Source: Chromera velia (taxonomy: Eukaryota). From it: a stretch of 51,373 nucleotides of DNA. Below, piece after piece: positions 23,721 to 37,205 of this stretch. The position numbers and the translations under genes were made by a program. Each line of letters starts with the position of its first letter. The stretch's first letter is position 1. The stretch lies in the NCBI GenBank assembly GCA_018398765.1, contig JAHBMJ010000290.1, positions 1-51,373 of the forward strand, read 5' to 3'. The notes beneath the pieces were generated by a model. The model saw only the letters and a program-made list of their open reading frames with translations, searched no databases and was not told where the DNA came from.

Positions 23721-24576
23721 ATTTGCGAACGGTGAACAATTTTACGCCTTGGTCTTTTTATCCGTCACTTGAATGGCAAGAGATGCCCTGGGAAGGCCTC
23801 CCCTTCTGGGAGGATCTCTCACAAGCTCTTAAAAAGAATGTGAATGAGTAGCTAGATATATGCCATTGTATAGTCTAAAGTGGGTTTTCTAAATTCTTCT
23901 GAATTCTACTGAATTCAGATAAATTAAGATAAATATAAGGCTTCACTTGAAATAACTTGAAACTATTACACTTTTACTATTTTTTTATACATTTCTTAAT
24001 ATTTTTTATGCTACTTTATATTTTAAAACCACTAGTTCAAACCAACTTCTTTAAAAGACTTTTAAACATTTTTTCTTCTTTTAATATTATTTGACATGTT
24101 ATCATGTATTTTGAATCTATTAACAACCTACAATAGTCATTTTCACTATAATGAGTGTCAAAATCCTGAATTAATTTTTGGCATGATATTGCTGGATCAC
24201 GGCGTCTCGTGATAAGTGCATGTGCCCCGACATTCTATGGAGTACGCGGCTGCGAAGGCACACATGGTGCAGGCCTACATTATATTATGATTATGCCGGG
24301 AAGAGCCTCGAGAATTGGACTAAAGAGGATCAATCGACTGTGCGAAGACGTGTCAATGCTTAGTGAGGCTCAGAGAGTCTTCAGCAACTGTGAGGCTCTT
24401 CAGCAACTGCTGTCACTCCTAGAGAGTCCAGACAATCAGACTGATCAATGTGTATTGATGTATGGGGGTGCCGTGGAAAATACTTGGTGCACCCCCCCCC
24501 TCCCCCTAGCACTTGTTCATGGGCTCTTCTTTCTATAGCGCCCGCCGCCTCCGCCGTTGTGAAGAAGCAAACGCAC

Positions 24577-24716
24577 TGCCGGGGTCCTCATCGGGGCCTC
24601 CATGAATTTAAGGGCCATGCCGTGGCATGCCGGGGCAAGAATGAACACGCGAGGACCGGCAAGATTATTAATACAAAATTTCGTTCAAACCTAATTCATC
24701 AATTTCTGTTTTGAAT
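24577..24716 (+). promoter_or_regulatory. Putative NDC80 promoter elements (GCCGGGG copies, TTCAAA/TTTGAA)
   Basis: GC-rich patch about 230-370 bp upstream of the ATG, sharing motifs with the region upstream of ZRANB3. Confidence 0.35.
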
Positions 24717-24945
24717 CTGTTGTTGGACAAATCCAATGCTTCTGGCATCCGCCGGAGGCCAGGATGGTCTGCTGACTTCAATCGCTTTCAGACGAGATCA
24801 CGCTCGTTCTTTTCACACGGATGATTCAGTCAGCTAGAGGTGGACTCGACCGCCCCACCTGTTGAAGTTCTTGTACAACTTTTGGACTCTACTTCCGTCT
24901 CCTTCGTTCAACGTCCAGTTTGCTTCATTCTTCCGACGACTGAAC

Positions 24946-27900
24946 ATGTTGGGTGCCCGAGGAAGCCCGCAGCCGACGACCAGGCGCTCTGTCGGGGCGA
25001 CTGCTCGGACTCCCCACCCTATGGAGAGCCCCTTGATGCTTCATAGAAATGTAACTCACACAGCGAACTTGCGGTTCGTGACTATGGGTGTTGGGAATCG
25101 GAAAGACAAGGATCCTCGTCCTCTGGCAAATGCGGGGTGGCAGAGTCGAGCCATCACATCCCTGGTAGACTTCCTTGTCAACCATGACTTTCCCCACCAG
25201 ATCAACCAAAACTCTTTGAAGAGACCGACTAGAACCGTTTTCATGGTCGTCGCAAAACACCTGATCAGTCTGTACGATCCTGCTTGGCATTGGTCGGACA
25301 AGCCGGACGAAGACGTCGCGCAATTCTTCAAAATGGCAGGGTGGGTGCTCACCTTTACAGGCCGCTGCTGATCGTTCTATTTTTCGTTCACCATTTCCTG
25401 TATGCTTTCACTGTGTGCCGCTGTGCAAGCATTTTTCTTTTCTTCACTGCATTTTCAGACATCAGAGGCCTGTCTTTCTCGTCTCTAACTGTATCCATGG
25501 GCTCAGCATGCTCCATGCCCTCCTTTCAGGTATCCTTACGAGATTCACAAGTCCAAAATCGCTGCTGTGGGAGCACCCAACACCTGGCCTCATCTGCTGG
25601 GTGCTCTCTCGTGGCTGGTGGACTTGCTGCAGTACGGCGAATCTGTGAGTAATGGGGCAGGGGAGTAACCCATTTCGGTTTCTTCGCCCCCCTTTCTCCG
25701 TCTGTCATCACCACATCCCTCATGTCCTGTCCCTTTCAGCCCTCTCTTTCCCCACTTTCTTTCGGCTCGCCATCTTTCCCTCTCCTTTGCTTCTCTCCCC
25801 CACTGCCTCCCCTGTGGGCGTCTGACTCTTCGCATTGGGAAAGTGCTGAGGATGAAAGCTGAAAGTCTACACAAGAATGCAAACACGCCCCCCTCTGTCT
25901 GTGTGCCGACTGACTGTCCCCCTCCCTGGCACAGGTGGGAATCACCGCACAGTTGGCAGAGAAGAGCGGCCTCTCTCTGATCTCCTCTGTCCCTGAGTAT
26001 GACGAGAAGGCGGTACGTGTGGGGGAGGGTGTGTGGAAAGTATCAGAGGGGCAAGGGGTTCGGAAACTGGAGAAGCAGGGTGTAATGACACAGCGAGAGG
26101 CACACAGGAAAGGGAGTTGGCACCTCTTGTTTAGTTTTCTCTATTCCCGTCTCAGGGAACTCTCTCTCTGCAAGTGACTCCCGTGCACCCCTTCTCCCTG
26201 ATTTTGTTGGCCGTCTCCTCAGTGACATTTCCTACATTCCCCCTTCCCCCTTCCCTGTTTTTCTAGATTCTCGCCCGAACTCTCCGGGAAGACGCGATCG
26301 AGACTTGGGATCTCCTCGAGAGGGGCATCGAGTCGTCTCCGGAACACGACAGGAAACTGAGTCAGTCATCGATAGTCAGTGGGAAAGAAAAGGGCCGACC
26401 CGTGAGGGCTGAGGGAGAAAATGGGTGAGTGACTTAGTCGGTATGCGAGTCCAGCAGGCAGGCGAAGAACAAAGACAGATGTTTACATGGGAGGATCCCC
26501 AGCCTTTGTCTCGGTGTGGTGTGTGTGTGTGTGTGTGTGTGCGTGCGTGCGTTTGCGCGCGCGCTCTCAGCACATATGTCATGATCCTTTGCAACGTGTC
26601 TCTACGTGCAGCAAATTATCTGAAAAGTCACGTGCGGAGTCAGCAGTTGAACATCGAATATGTCAGACAGGTAGGCCTGTCTTTTTGTTCGTCCAGCGAG
26701 GAATGGACAGAAGGTAGAAAAAGGAAGGCCGGGCGGAAAGAAGGTTTCTTGGATGGTGGTTTGGCGATCCGCCGCGGGAATCTTTGCATTGATTTTCCCC
26801 TTTTCTCTCTTCCCTGCCCTTCTCTCTCTTATTTTTTCTTCTCTTCCGTGTTTTATTGTTACCTCCTTGGTGGGCAAGTCAGGCCATCTTCGCGTGCCTG
26901 TGTGCTTGGTCATGCCAGCTTTCTTGACTGTTCATTCATTTATTCATGGATCTGCCAACTTCTTTGCTTTCATTTTTTGCATTGTCAAAAGCCGATGATG
27001 AACAAAAAAGACAAATGACGGCCTGACTCACTGCTCTCGTTGGCTGTTGCAGGAGAGAGAAGAGTGCGAGAACGACATTGCAGAATTCGAACGCAAATGC
27101 CGGTCGGTCTTCTGCCAAAGTGTTGCCGCCCAATTGCCCTAGAATGAGCACCCACGCAAGCTTTCTCTCGCTCCTTTTATTTGTCACTCGGCATTTGCTT
27201 TTGTCCACCTTCTATCGGCAGCCATGCAGGTTCCCTTTCCCTTTGGGGGCAGACCATGCCCTAGCGAAGCGAATGAAAGACCGTGCCCTTCTTACTCTGA
27301 CAAGAAAGTCGTTTGTTTTTTCGTTTTGGCTCCTCACCCACCCAGAGCGTGCACTGCTGGTATGCTTTTTGGGATTGCAGGCAAGCCTCTGAGGAGCAGC
27401 GGGAGCACTCGAAAGTCCGCAAGGAATATGAGGAGATGAAGAGGAGAGAGGAAGAGAGACTGCGAGATGCGGTGAGTGAGTGAGGCAGTTGGCGGTTACC
27501 GGACAGACAGAAAGAGAAAGGCAAAGGGACCTGCTTAGAAAGAAAGTGCGTAGTGGCGGGGACAGACTTCGGAGGGAGTTTGTCTGGGAGAATTTCAATG
27601 AGTCCCGATACCGGCCTCAGAGGTGTTGTTTGCTATTGTTTCTTGACGATCCAAGTTCGCTTGGTCGTGAACACTTGGAATTTTCTTCCTCGTATTTTCT
27701 TTGATTCTACCGGCGTCCCTGTATCGTTTTTGGGTCTTCTCAAGCCATGTGAGTCTCTTCCTTCGTCTTGCTTAGTTTTGGCCGTATTCCATTGCGACCA
27801 GACCTTGTCTCCTTTTTGTCTTTGTATCAGGAAAGATGTGGGGTAAGTGTTTGAGTGTATGACTGTCGACCTTTCCATACACGTACCTTTACTTTCTTCA

Positions 27901-29615
27901 TCCCCCCTGTATGCTGACCTGACCTGAACAAGCAGAGAGGACCACTCGCAGAGAGGAGTGCTCTCCAAGAGAGGGTAGTGCGTCTGTCCAAAGAGAGAGA
28001 CGCTAAGGTGAGGGGGGGNGGGGGGGGGGGGGAATTTTGCTGAGTGACTGATTGATGAAAGAATGTTCTTGCTTCCCTTTCTTTCTATCAGTCTGTTGCC
28101 TTCTCTCATCGCGAGCCTTTTTGTGCATTCCTTTCTGGCTGTTCCTGTTTTCCCTCTATTGTTTTGGCCTCTGCTGTTTGAATGCGTGAATTTTCTTGGA
28201 AGGGATGCTTAGTTTTTTTTTTCTTTTCTGTCTGCATGCCTCTTTTGTTGTCCGTCTGATTCCATGGAGGCCCTTGTCCTTTTTCTCTTCCGGATTTTCT
28301 CCTCTTCTCTGCCGGTTTTGTTTCCTGATTCCTCAAGGAATTGTTTGTCTGCTTGACTGCTGCCCGATTCTCATTCTGTCTTCATGGCTGCCCTTCCTTC
28401 TGCAGCGGAGAGAGTGTGAGAGTCTTCGTGAGAGAGTCAACAGCCAGCCGGTAAGTCTTGTGCAGGAGGAATGAGACAGCAGTTTTACGGCTAATTAGTG
28501 AACTGAGCATGCTTTGTGATACCATTTTTTCATCCTTTACATTGGGGTCCCGGTTCTAGTCGCCAGCCTTCCTTCCTCCCTCCCTTCCTTCCCCCCTCCC
28601 TTCCTTTCTTCCTTCCCAGACGGGGGACGAAATCGAGCTCGGATTGGTACGGGGGCACTAAACAGGAAAGTAGGAGCGCGTAGCAAGCAAAGAAAAAGGC
28701 AATGAAGCCGGGATGTCCGTGTGTCGTGATTCTTTCTCTGTTGCCCCCCCTTTCTCCCCTCATGGATCCCCCCGTTGGCAGATGTCACGAGAGGACTTTG
28801 AGAGCACACGCAGAGGAATCGAGAAGACTAGGGAGGTCCTCGCACAGAGAGAAGCGGTCAGTAGGTCTGTTGGTCGGTTAGTGTGTGAACGCATCAGAGA
28901 AATGAAGCGGTTGAGACTCCATCGCAATTCACTCAGCCTTTTCTTTTCTTTTCATTTGGATGTTGTTTCATCCATCGATGCCGCGTGCACCATCATCAGA
29001 TGCGAAAACAAAACAGCAAAGAAAGGGTTTTCGGTATCCGCCAATTGACTGCCTCTCTCTCTTTTGGTGTGTGTATAGACTTGCGCTTTTGTCGCGTCTC
29101 TGAGCACGCTTCTTAAAAAAACAGATTCGACGTTTTCTCTTTTGGGTCTTTCCCTCTTTGGGCGATTCTCTTCTCATCCCTTCCTCCCCTTCCTTTTCTG
29201 ACTTCTCAAGACACCGCTATGACATGACGAGACGGGAGGATGAGGATGAGGATGAATGCTTCCTGCTGCAGGAACTTGCGGAGGTCGACAGAGACGCAGC
29301 TGCCGAGAGGGAGGTGGTCAGTCAGCCAGTGCGTGTATCGTCTCTGTTTTTTTTTTTCATCGATCGTTTTCATCGACTGCGTGTGCTGTCGGAAATGAAT
29401 GAAATGACCTGAGATGAACAGACGGGGGGGTGCATAGAGAGAAGGAGAGAAGTTCCACACCTGCACAGGATCTTGTTCGAAAGCGAACGAAGCGTGCAGA
29501 CAGACACAAAAACTTCAGGGGGAGTGCCATGCTCTTCCCACTCTCCATCGTCTGACTGAGTGCAGATTCGCGACATCGGATTTGAACTGGACGCCATCGC
29601 GCGAGAGGTGTGTTG

Positions 29616-29655
<40 letters not shown>

Positions 29656-29671
29656 AATCTCAACATCTCTT

Positions 29672-29709
<38 letters not shown>

Positions 29710-30397
29710 GCACAGAGAAAGAGAGAGAGACAGTGTGAGTGTGAGAGTGGTTCAACTCAGCATTTCATCCTTGTAGGTGTGGACGGATCAGCAAGACACT
29801 TACGCTATGGTGTGTTCTAGAGCAATTGCTTTTTGGCCAGTACATGTCTGTTGCTGTCCCCTCACTGTACTACGGTCTCTCTTTCTTTTTCATGAATCTG
29901 ATCGTTGTCGCAAGTCTATGCTCATGAACAGCTTTTCCTTTTCAGATCGGTACAGTGCCTTCATGGGAGATTCCTATCTCTGCTCACTCAGACCACGGGA
30001 GGAAAAAGGACAGCTGATTGAGAGACGAACCTCTAAAGTCACACCCAACAAAGGAAAGACCTCTTCGAAAATTACAGAGAGAGAGACAGACGCCCTCTCC
30101 GTCTTCTTGCTGCTCGCTCTGCGTCTATGCATGCAGGTCCGTGCTGCCGACGACGAACTGGTCCAGACGGCCCAGTCCTCGAAGGGATTCATCGACAAGC
30201 CAGAGGCACACCCGCGTCATCTCCTGGACTGTCCCGCGCGCATCTGCAGGGACCTGGAGGGAGGGGCTGAAGACGCGGAGACGGAGGGACTCGGGGAAGG
30301 TGACGTGAACTCTGTGGTCAGTCGGTCGGTGGGAGGGTGAGTGGGTGCTAGACGACGAGATACTTCAGGGCCCTGACGAGACACGGAGTAGGGAATC

Positions 30398-30451
<54 letters not shown>

Positions 30452-33400
30452 ATTTATCTTTCGTCTTCCCCCCTCTTTTCAGAGTAGGGAACTGAGAGAC
30501 AGACAGATAGACACGGTGAAAGGACGAGAATCGGAGCGTCGTCGACTCTCTCTTTGTTCCTGTAAAACCTGTCGCGACATCAGTTATTTTCGCTTCTTTT
30601 GAAAACGAGTGTAGGTGCTTCTTTTGCGTCAATCAATCGATTCGTGCATGCAGCTTGGCTTCCGGTGGAAAGACCAAGTGAAGCCTCTCCTGAAGGACGC
30701 AGATCTCCTCGTCTTCACAAAACACCGAGAGGTCAGTCAGGGCTGCATGTCCGATGTTCGTTCAAGGGCTGCATCGTTCGTGAGAGAGAAAGTGCATGAC
30801 AGACATGCAGGTGCTGGAAAGGACAGAAGCAAGGCGTCAGCTTCAGAGAAGAGAAGAGGAGGAAACTCTCCGCAGGAGAGACTGGTCAATCCCTCATCTA
30901 CCAAAATCACTTTCAGAAACTCAGACAGGATAAGGCAAGGGAGGGCCGTGCATCCAGGCACTCAAACGCAAATGGGTTCGCGCTCGAGTAAAAGAAGTGC
31001 ACTGGGGAAAGGTAGAGGGAGGGATAGAGCGAAAAGAGAGAGAGGCGGAGGAGGGGAGCATTCTTTGCTTTGTCCTTCTCCTGCCTGTTTCCTGGTAGCA
31101 GGCGATGCTCTTTGAGAGAGCGTAAGCTCGAGGGGGTATCTGAGAGGGTCGACTGACTGCAAAATTTTTCTCTTTCCTCTCGACTATTTGCTGGACGTTG
31201 TTTTTTTCATCCCCCAAATTGATTGCAGAATTTGAAAATCCACGAGGAGCTCCAGTCAGACAGGCTTCAACTGGAACGCGAGGAACAGGCTCTCACTTAC
31301 GTCAGTCAGTCTGTGAGTCTGCTTGTGTTCTTCTGGAGAGAACTGGTGTTCTTCCCTTTCTTCCAGTTTCTTCTTTTTTTCTCTCACTTGCTTCGTCCTG
31401 TCGCAGTCAATTGCTTTCGGCGATGGGGCTGCTTACTTTTCCCATTTTTCTCCACCCTCATTCCTGCCTGGATTCTTTGTGTTCGTCCTGAGTTGTGCTC
31501 TCTCTCAGGAAAAAGACAGGCTCGCAAGACGCGTTGCGGAGACGCAGGCTGAGAGGGAGAGAGAAGAGACGGAGGCCGCTCAGGAAATTGAGAAGAACTT
31601 CGCAGAGGCAGAGGTTGGTTGCTTCATCTGTCATTTTGATCGCCTGCCGTCTTCGTGTTTCTTATTGCTGCGGCTCGTCTTTGCTTTGTGCGACCGTGAC
31701 GGGCCACTGGAATACCGAGATTTATGCGATCTTCGTGCTTGCATAAACTCATGTCAGAAAGTTCCGCGAGCGAATCAAAGGGTCGTGGGAGGAGACAAGG
31801 AGTCTATCGTATGTAAAGGCTTATTTCGCATCCTCATTTTTCTTGCTGTTGCGCTTTCTTTCTCTTTTCTCTGTGTTGCAGGCAAGGGAGGCGGCACTGG
31901 AGAGAGACATTGTCAGCCCATGTTTGGTTTGTTGCTTTTTCTGCGCTTTCCACTTGGACAAAACCCTTCCTATTCGTCCTCCTCCCGCCGTGACTCCTTT
32001 TCGTCGTTCAACTGTTAACGTTTCAACGGCTCATGGGCCTCAATTGAAATTGCCTTGTCGTGAGCTTGGATGTCTGAGAAAAACTTGCAAACAGCCGAAC
32101 TGCTGACTACATTTCATTGGTTCGTGGAGCTCGTGAAAACGCTTTGTGCCCGGCTGATTTCCTCCACCTCTACTATGCCTCCCGTGTATTCAGTGTTCTG
32201 TACGCACTTTTCCCTGTGACCGTGCGTATTCTCATCTATTCTTCTGTCTTTCTGTATGCCTGTGTCTGTTCCCGTGCAGGCCGAAGAAGAGGGAAAAGTA
32301 CAAGACCTGAAGGAGCAGGAAAAGGTGGGTGCGCCGGTCTGTGGCTACTGTGAGCAGAAAAAGGCGCTCGACTGACAAGTTTCTGGAATGGACCTCTCTC
32401 TCTGTGAGAAGCTGTGTGTGTGGGAGTGGGGTCTCCTTTTTTATCTATGAATGGAATTTAGGGACATTTACTCCCACTGAGTCCTTGTTGCCAAGACAGT
32501 CGCGGGCTTCTCTTTCTATCAATGTGTCGGTGAATCTCTCCCCCTTTGAGTGCAGGTGGAGATGCGCACTCTCAGGAAAGCGCAAGAGGACGGGGAGGCC
32601 GCCAGGGCCACGGCGCAGTCACGTGTGAATGCGGTAAGCAGATGGGAGCTGCCTGTTCTTTGCGATAGAGAAAAGGCAGGCAAGAGCATACTTTGATGAG
32701 ACTTCGTATCTTTGTCTTTGTCGGAACAATTTCCATTCAAGCTTCGGTTTCTGTTTTTTTAAAAGGGTGGTTGAAGGAGGGAAGGAATGAAGGAAGGGAG
32801 AAGAGGGAGCTTGTGTTGTCGTGTCTTGGTCTACCTCTGGCTTTTTTTTGCGCACACTCTTTCTTGTTCCTTCCGCATGTCTTTCTTTTGTGTTTGCACC
32901 CAGGTCCGAAAGAAGCGTCCACTCCCTCCGTGCACCCTTCTCTCCCTTCCTTTTTTTGTTTCCGTGCAGATGAGTGACGGACTCGCTCAGCTTCGACAAG
33001 AAGAGAGGCAGCGCTTCAAAGCGTGAGTCTCTCTCTCTGTCTTGATGTATACATGTATGCAGAGATGAGGAGACAGGAGGGCCAAAGGAGAATACGCAGC
33101 CTACCCATGACAAAAGAAGACTTGTACAAGAAGAGAAGGTAAAGAAAAATTGAAGACGAAAGAAACACAAAAAAAACTTGTTTTTGCTAGCTCCCCTCCC
33201 TCTACTGCTTTCACTTTGTTTTCGTCTGTTTTTTTCCCTTACAGTCCTCGGCCGAAGGGAGAAGCTGGCAGAGACAAATTTCGTTTGATTTTTCTTGTTC
33301 TTTTCGCTTCCATTGCAGAGCCACCGAAGCAGCCCGTGCTGTCAGAGAGAAACTCCGGTCCTCCTTCGAAGAGAACCTGGTCCCCCTGCTGGAGAACCTC

Positions 33401-33793
33401 AGCGCGAGGGTTGCAGACCTCGCCGAGAGGGCAGGGGTCAACCTGGACTCAGACAGCAGTATGCAGGAGGCGGACGAAGGTGCAGCAGCAGAAAGGGAAG
33501 GACATGATGCAGGCAGGGACTCGGCACAGGTGTCATCAGGGCCTTCGGGGGACTCTCCTGACTGCGACATGGGGTGTGAACAGTCCGCTTCTGCTTCTGC
33601 ATCTTCTTCCTCTGCACGGCCTGAGAATTCGGGTGAGACTGAGGGAGACGGTGCGAATGGATGCTGTTTTTTCTTTGAGGTCCCTGTCGACGACGACGTT
33701 GGTGTCAAGGGGGGAACAACGGAAGAAGTGACAGAGGGGCAGGTTTGTGCAGAGGAAGGGGAAGAGGAGCAGACAGGAGACTGTCTTGTCTGA
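24946..33793 (+). CDS. NDC80: Kinetochore protein NDC80/HEC1 (many short exons)
   Basis: CH-domain signature KDPRPL..LVDFLVNHDF..LKRPT..F..LYDP..EDVAQFFKMAG|YPYEIHKSKIAAVGAPNTWPHLLGALSWLVDL (exons 24946-25340 and 25530-25644). Coiled-coil exons follow, with loop-flanking WKDQVKPLL. Last exon 33319-33793. Confidence 0.93.
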
Positions 33794-35579
33794 CAGGCCT
33801 CCGGAAAAGAAGGAAGGAAGGAAGGAAGCAATGGTGGTAATAGTAAATTAAACGGTTCGTGGAGCCTGTGTGCGAGTTTTTTCCTGAAAGAGGAAAGGAC
33901 AAGCGGAAGGCGTGTCAAGTAGAGCAGCCAGATGAGCGAAGCTTCCTCTTTCTCTTTCTGGATGACTCCGTGCAGCATTTGTCAGTCGATCGATAGGTGA
34001 TCTTCCCAACTGCGCAGTGTTTGTGGCTGCTGAACTGCATGCGCAGTGTTTGTCTATCACTGGATCCTCTCCTCTGTCCCTTTTCCAGCTCTTTCCTTCT
34101 CTCTCCTGGCCATTTGCTTCTCTCTCAGTTTGCCAGCACGAGAGTCTTCTGTTCGCTTCTTGGAAGTCGAGCACCAACACGTTGGTTAATTAACGAAAGA
34201 TGCTTGCAGAAAAGACATTTGACCAAGAAGGATGAAAGACGGAAAGATCCCGTTCCCCGATCCATCGCAGTCTTTTCGCTTCGATCGAACAACCTTGCAA
34301 CCATCGCATGTGTCAATGAAAAAAACGGTAGAATTGTTTCTGACTATATACTTTCCATCTTTTGCATGTGTCTTGTGCGTTGCATGGAGCTCGGCTGAGT
34401 CGGCTCCGCTTGAGTCCGCCACGCTCCAGCACAGGCTGCACCTAAACTCCTCTAAATTCCTGCTTTAGTTCCTGTTCCAAATTCTTCAAAATTCCTACTA
34501 GGTTTTTGCAGGGCTAGTACCAGGGTATACGTAGAACAGTCTTTATATGTGATGCAATCTAGGATACAATTTAATTCCATGACATTCTTGGGTAAACTGG
34601 TTCGCTAAACCCTAGGCTAAACCAGAAGTAATTTTTTGGCCGGTTTCCCCCACCCTTTTTTTAGTTACAAAGATCGCTAGAAAGATCGTTTGCTAGATCG
34701 TTTATACCAGCTTTAACAAACTTTTGAAACTTTTTTAATTTTATTTCATTACGTACAGTGTAAAAATATTTGAAAATATCTTGAATATAATACAGCGTTC
34801 ATGCAGCGTTCTCCAGTTTTCAGTTTCTTAGACAGTTTCTTATATAATTTCAATTTTATTACTATTAAAATTTAAAATATAAATTTTTATAACTACGCAT
34901 CGGATCCAGTTTATAGCATAGTATAGCAATAACTGACAATTTTAAGTTGATATTCTGGGTATAGAACATAGATTAAGTAGATATACTTGAAAAATGATTT
35001 GGTTTGCAGTGATTATGAACTATCATTGTCTGACAATAGTTATGAGTATACATTTTTGTTTTGATGAGGTGAAATAGTGTGAACTGTTACAGTGACTTAA
35101 ACTATATCCCTTAAGCCTTCGAACCCATAAAAACGATAAAAAAACCGCGCTGTGGCGACGGTACGGCAGGGGGTGCTAGTGTGTGTTTTAATTTTTTTAT
35201 AGAACGTATCAGAATGTTTTGACTAGCGTTCTGATATGCTCTCGGATACGGTTTTCAACCGAGCTTTGATTATTAGCCGGATTTTTTGCTTCACCTGGAT
35301 ATTTGCTTCGTCATTGCAATGAGATCAACCATGTGATGCCCGAGGCAATAACACAGCTTGAAACATGCTTGAGAAAAACCTTTCCCGAGAGACTATTGCA
35401 ATGGCCGTCACAGTTCTTTGTCTTGGGACAGAAATGGACATCTTTTCACTGGCATCGTGCCATCGCAAGGTCCATTTGGTGGTCTTTTTGCTCTCCCCCT
35501 AATGGACAGTGATTGTACGAGTCAGGTCCGATTCCATTGACTCAAATTCATCACGTCGCTTGCACGCAAAAGGAGAAAG

Positions 35580-35924
35580 TTAGCAGTACCGGCCGTAGGC
35601 GCACACTCCCTTTGCCATACAGATGTCCTTGCTGACGTAGCTGCTCGAAAGACTGTGTGCTCCGTCGACGCAACAGCAGCAGAACTCGTTCCCGGCCGGA
35701 TTTCCGATCTCGTCACTGCAACAGAAAAGACAGGAAACACGGAGAAAAATGGACTGGTCGTATGATCCAAAACCCCAAAGTACAGGACTTTTTGCATACA
35801 TCTATGTCCGCCTGTGTAAATCATTCCCTTCTGTTTCCACTTTTCTGCCACTTCTGCCGCAGGATAAGGATTCCGGGAAGTGGCAGAGGGTGGAACACGG
35901 ATAGTGCAGTCACAGGGAAGCAAC

Positions 35925-35962
<38 letters not shown>

Positions 35963-36137
35963 CGATACACACAACGATACACACGCACGCACACACACGC
36001 ACACATACACACACACAAACACAGACACAGACACACACACACACACACACACACAGACACACACACACACACACACACACACAACGATACACACGCACGC
36101 ATACAGACGCACACATACATACACACACAGACACACA

Positions 36138-36213
<76 letters not shown>

Positions 36214-37205
36214 CACAGACACACACACAGACACACACACAGACACACACACAGACACACACACAGACACACACACACACACACACACACACACCGCACA
36301 CACACACATGAACGAAAGACAGACAGACAGACAGACAGACAGGCAAACAAACAGAGTGAAGCAGCCAGGGAGGGATGTAGAAGGAAGGGACAGACAGCCT
36401 GATGGTCAAGCGACGCTGTGATAGTATGGCATTATCGCTTGCAGGAAGAAAAGAGGGCGTACTCTGGATCATCGTCGTTGGGATACGTTTTGCACCTCAC
36501 CTGTTCCCTCATCGAGAGAAGACTGCAACGAGCGCATCAGAAGAAAAAGCGAGGCATTCGGTGTCAGAAACCACGCTGGGAAGATAAAGAAGAGACAGGA
36601 ATGACACCAGCACAGAGAACCGATAGACAAAAAGAAGAACATGCCCGTACCTGGTCGAAAGTTTGTTGCTCACATCATGCATATATAACAAAGATTCCAG
36701 CTCATAAATTCTCATGCTTACACCGCGTCAAGGTGTAATTACGTACGTAGGCCTAGGCATGAAAGAAAAGGTCCAAACATAGAACGGCAAGTGCAGTACG
36801 CCAATGCATGCGTGAAGGCATATCATTTCTCCAGATGGTACATATATATGTATGGAGCTATGCGCATTGAGGAAGCGTGGGACAGGAGCAGGAACATGGG
36901 CAAAAAAAACACTGAGCACTGAAAATGGGGGTTTCCAGAGCAACGCACAACAGTCAGATAAGCATAGAGGAGCACAAATCATTGGGCGGAGAAGGAGAGA
37001 CGGAGACGCCGTACAATCGTGCAAACTAGAAAGCAGCACGCTTCATTGAGAAAGCCAGCTGGAGACCATGCATGGAGGTCTCGAATACGCCTTGTTTGGC
37101 AACTTGCCTTGCAGGCTTTGCGTCGACCACTCGCGCCTCCCCCGCTCCCATAAGGCTGAGGGTAATCATGGCGAACAGAAGCAAGACAAATGCCAGAGAC
37201 TTCAT
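35580..37205 (-). CDS. Small secreted cysteine-rich prepropeptide (97 aa, 8 Cys, CCCC motif)
   Basis: Exons 37205-37108 (GC donor AG|GCAAGT), 36522-36463 and 35715-35580 join in phase to give MKSLAFVLLLFAMITLSLMGAGEA-RVVDAKPASLLSMREQVRCKTYPNDDDPDDEIGNPAGNEFCCCCVDGAHSLSSSYVSKDICMAKGVCAYGRYC*. Confidence 0.7.
35925..36345. repeat. Intronic (CA)n/(GA)n/(GACA)n microsatellite
   Basis: Directly visible. Confidence 0.95.

Noticed and set aside
24209..24538. 109-aa ORF upstream of NDC80
   Set aside because: Non-ATG start, small internal duplication and no recognisable motif; probably non-coding.
23887..34502. Weak similarity (AAATTCTTC..AATTC.TACT) on both sides of NDC80 suggesting flanking direct repeats
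   Set aside because: About 20 bp, AT-rich and imperfect; compatible with chance.
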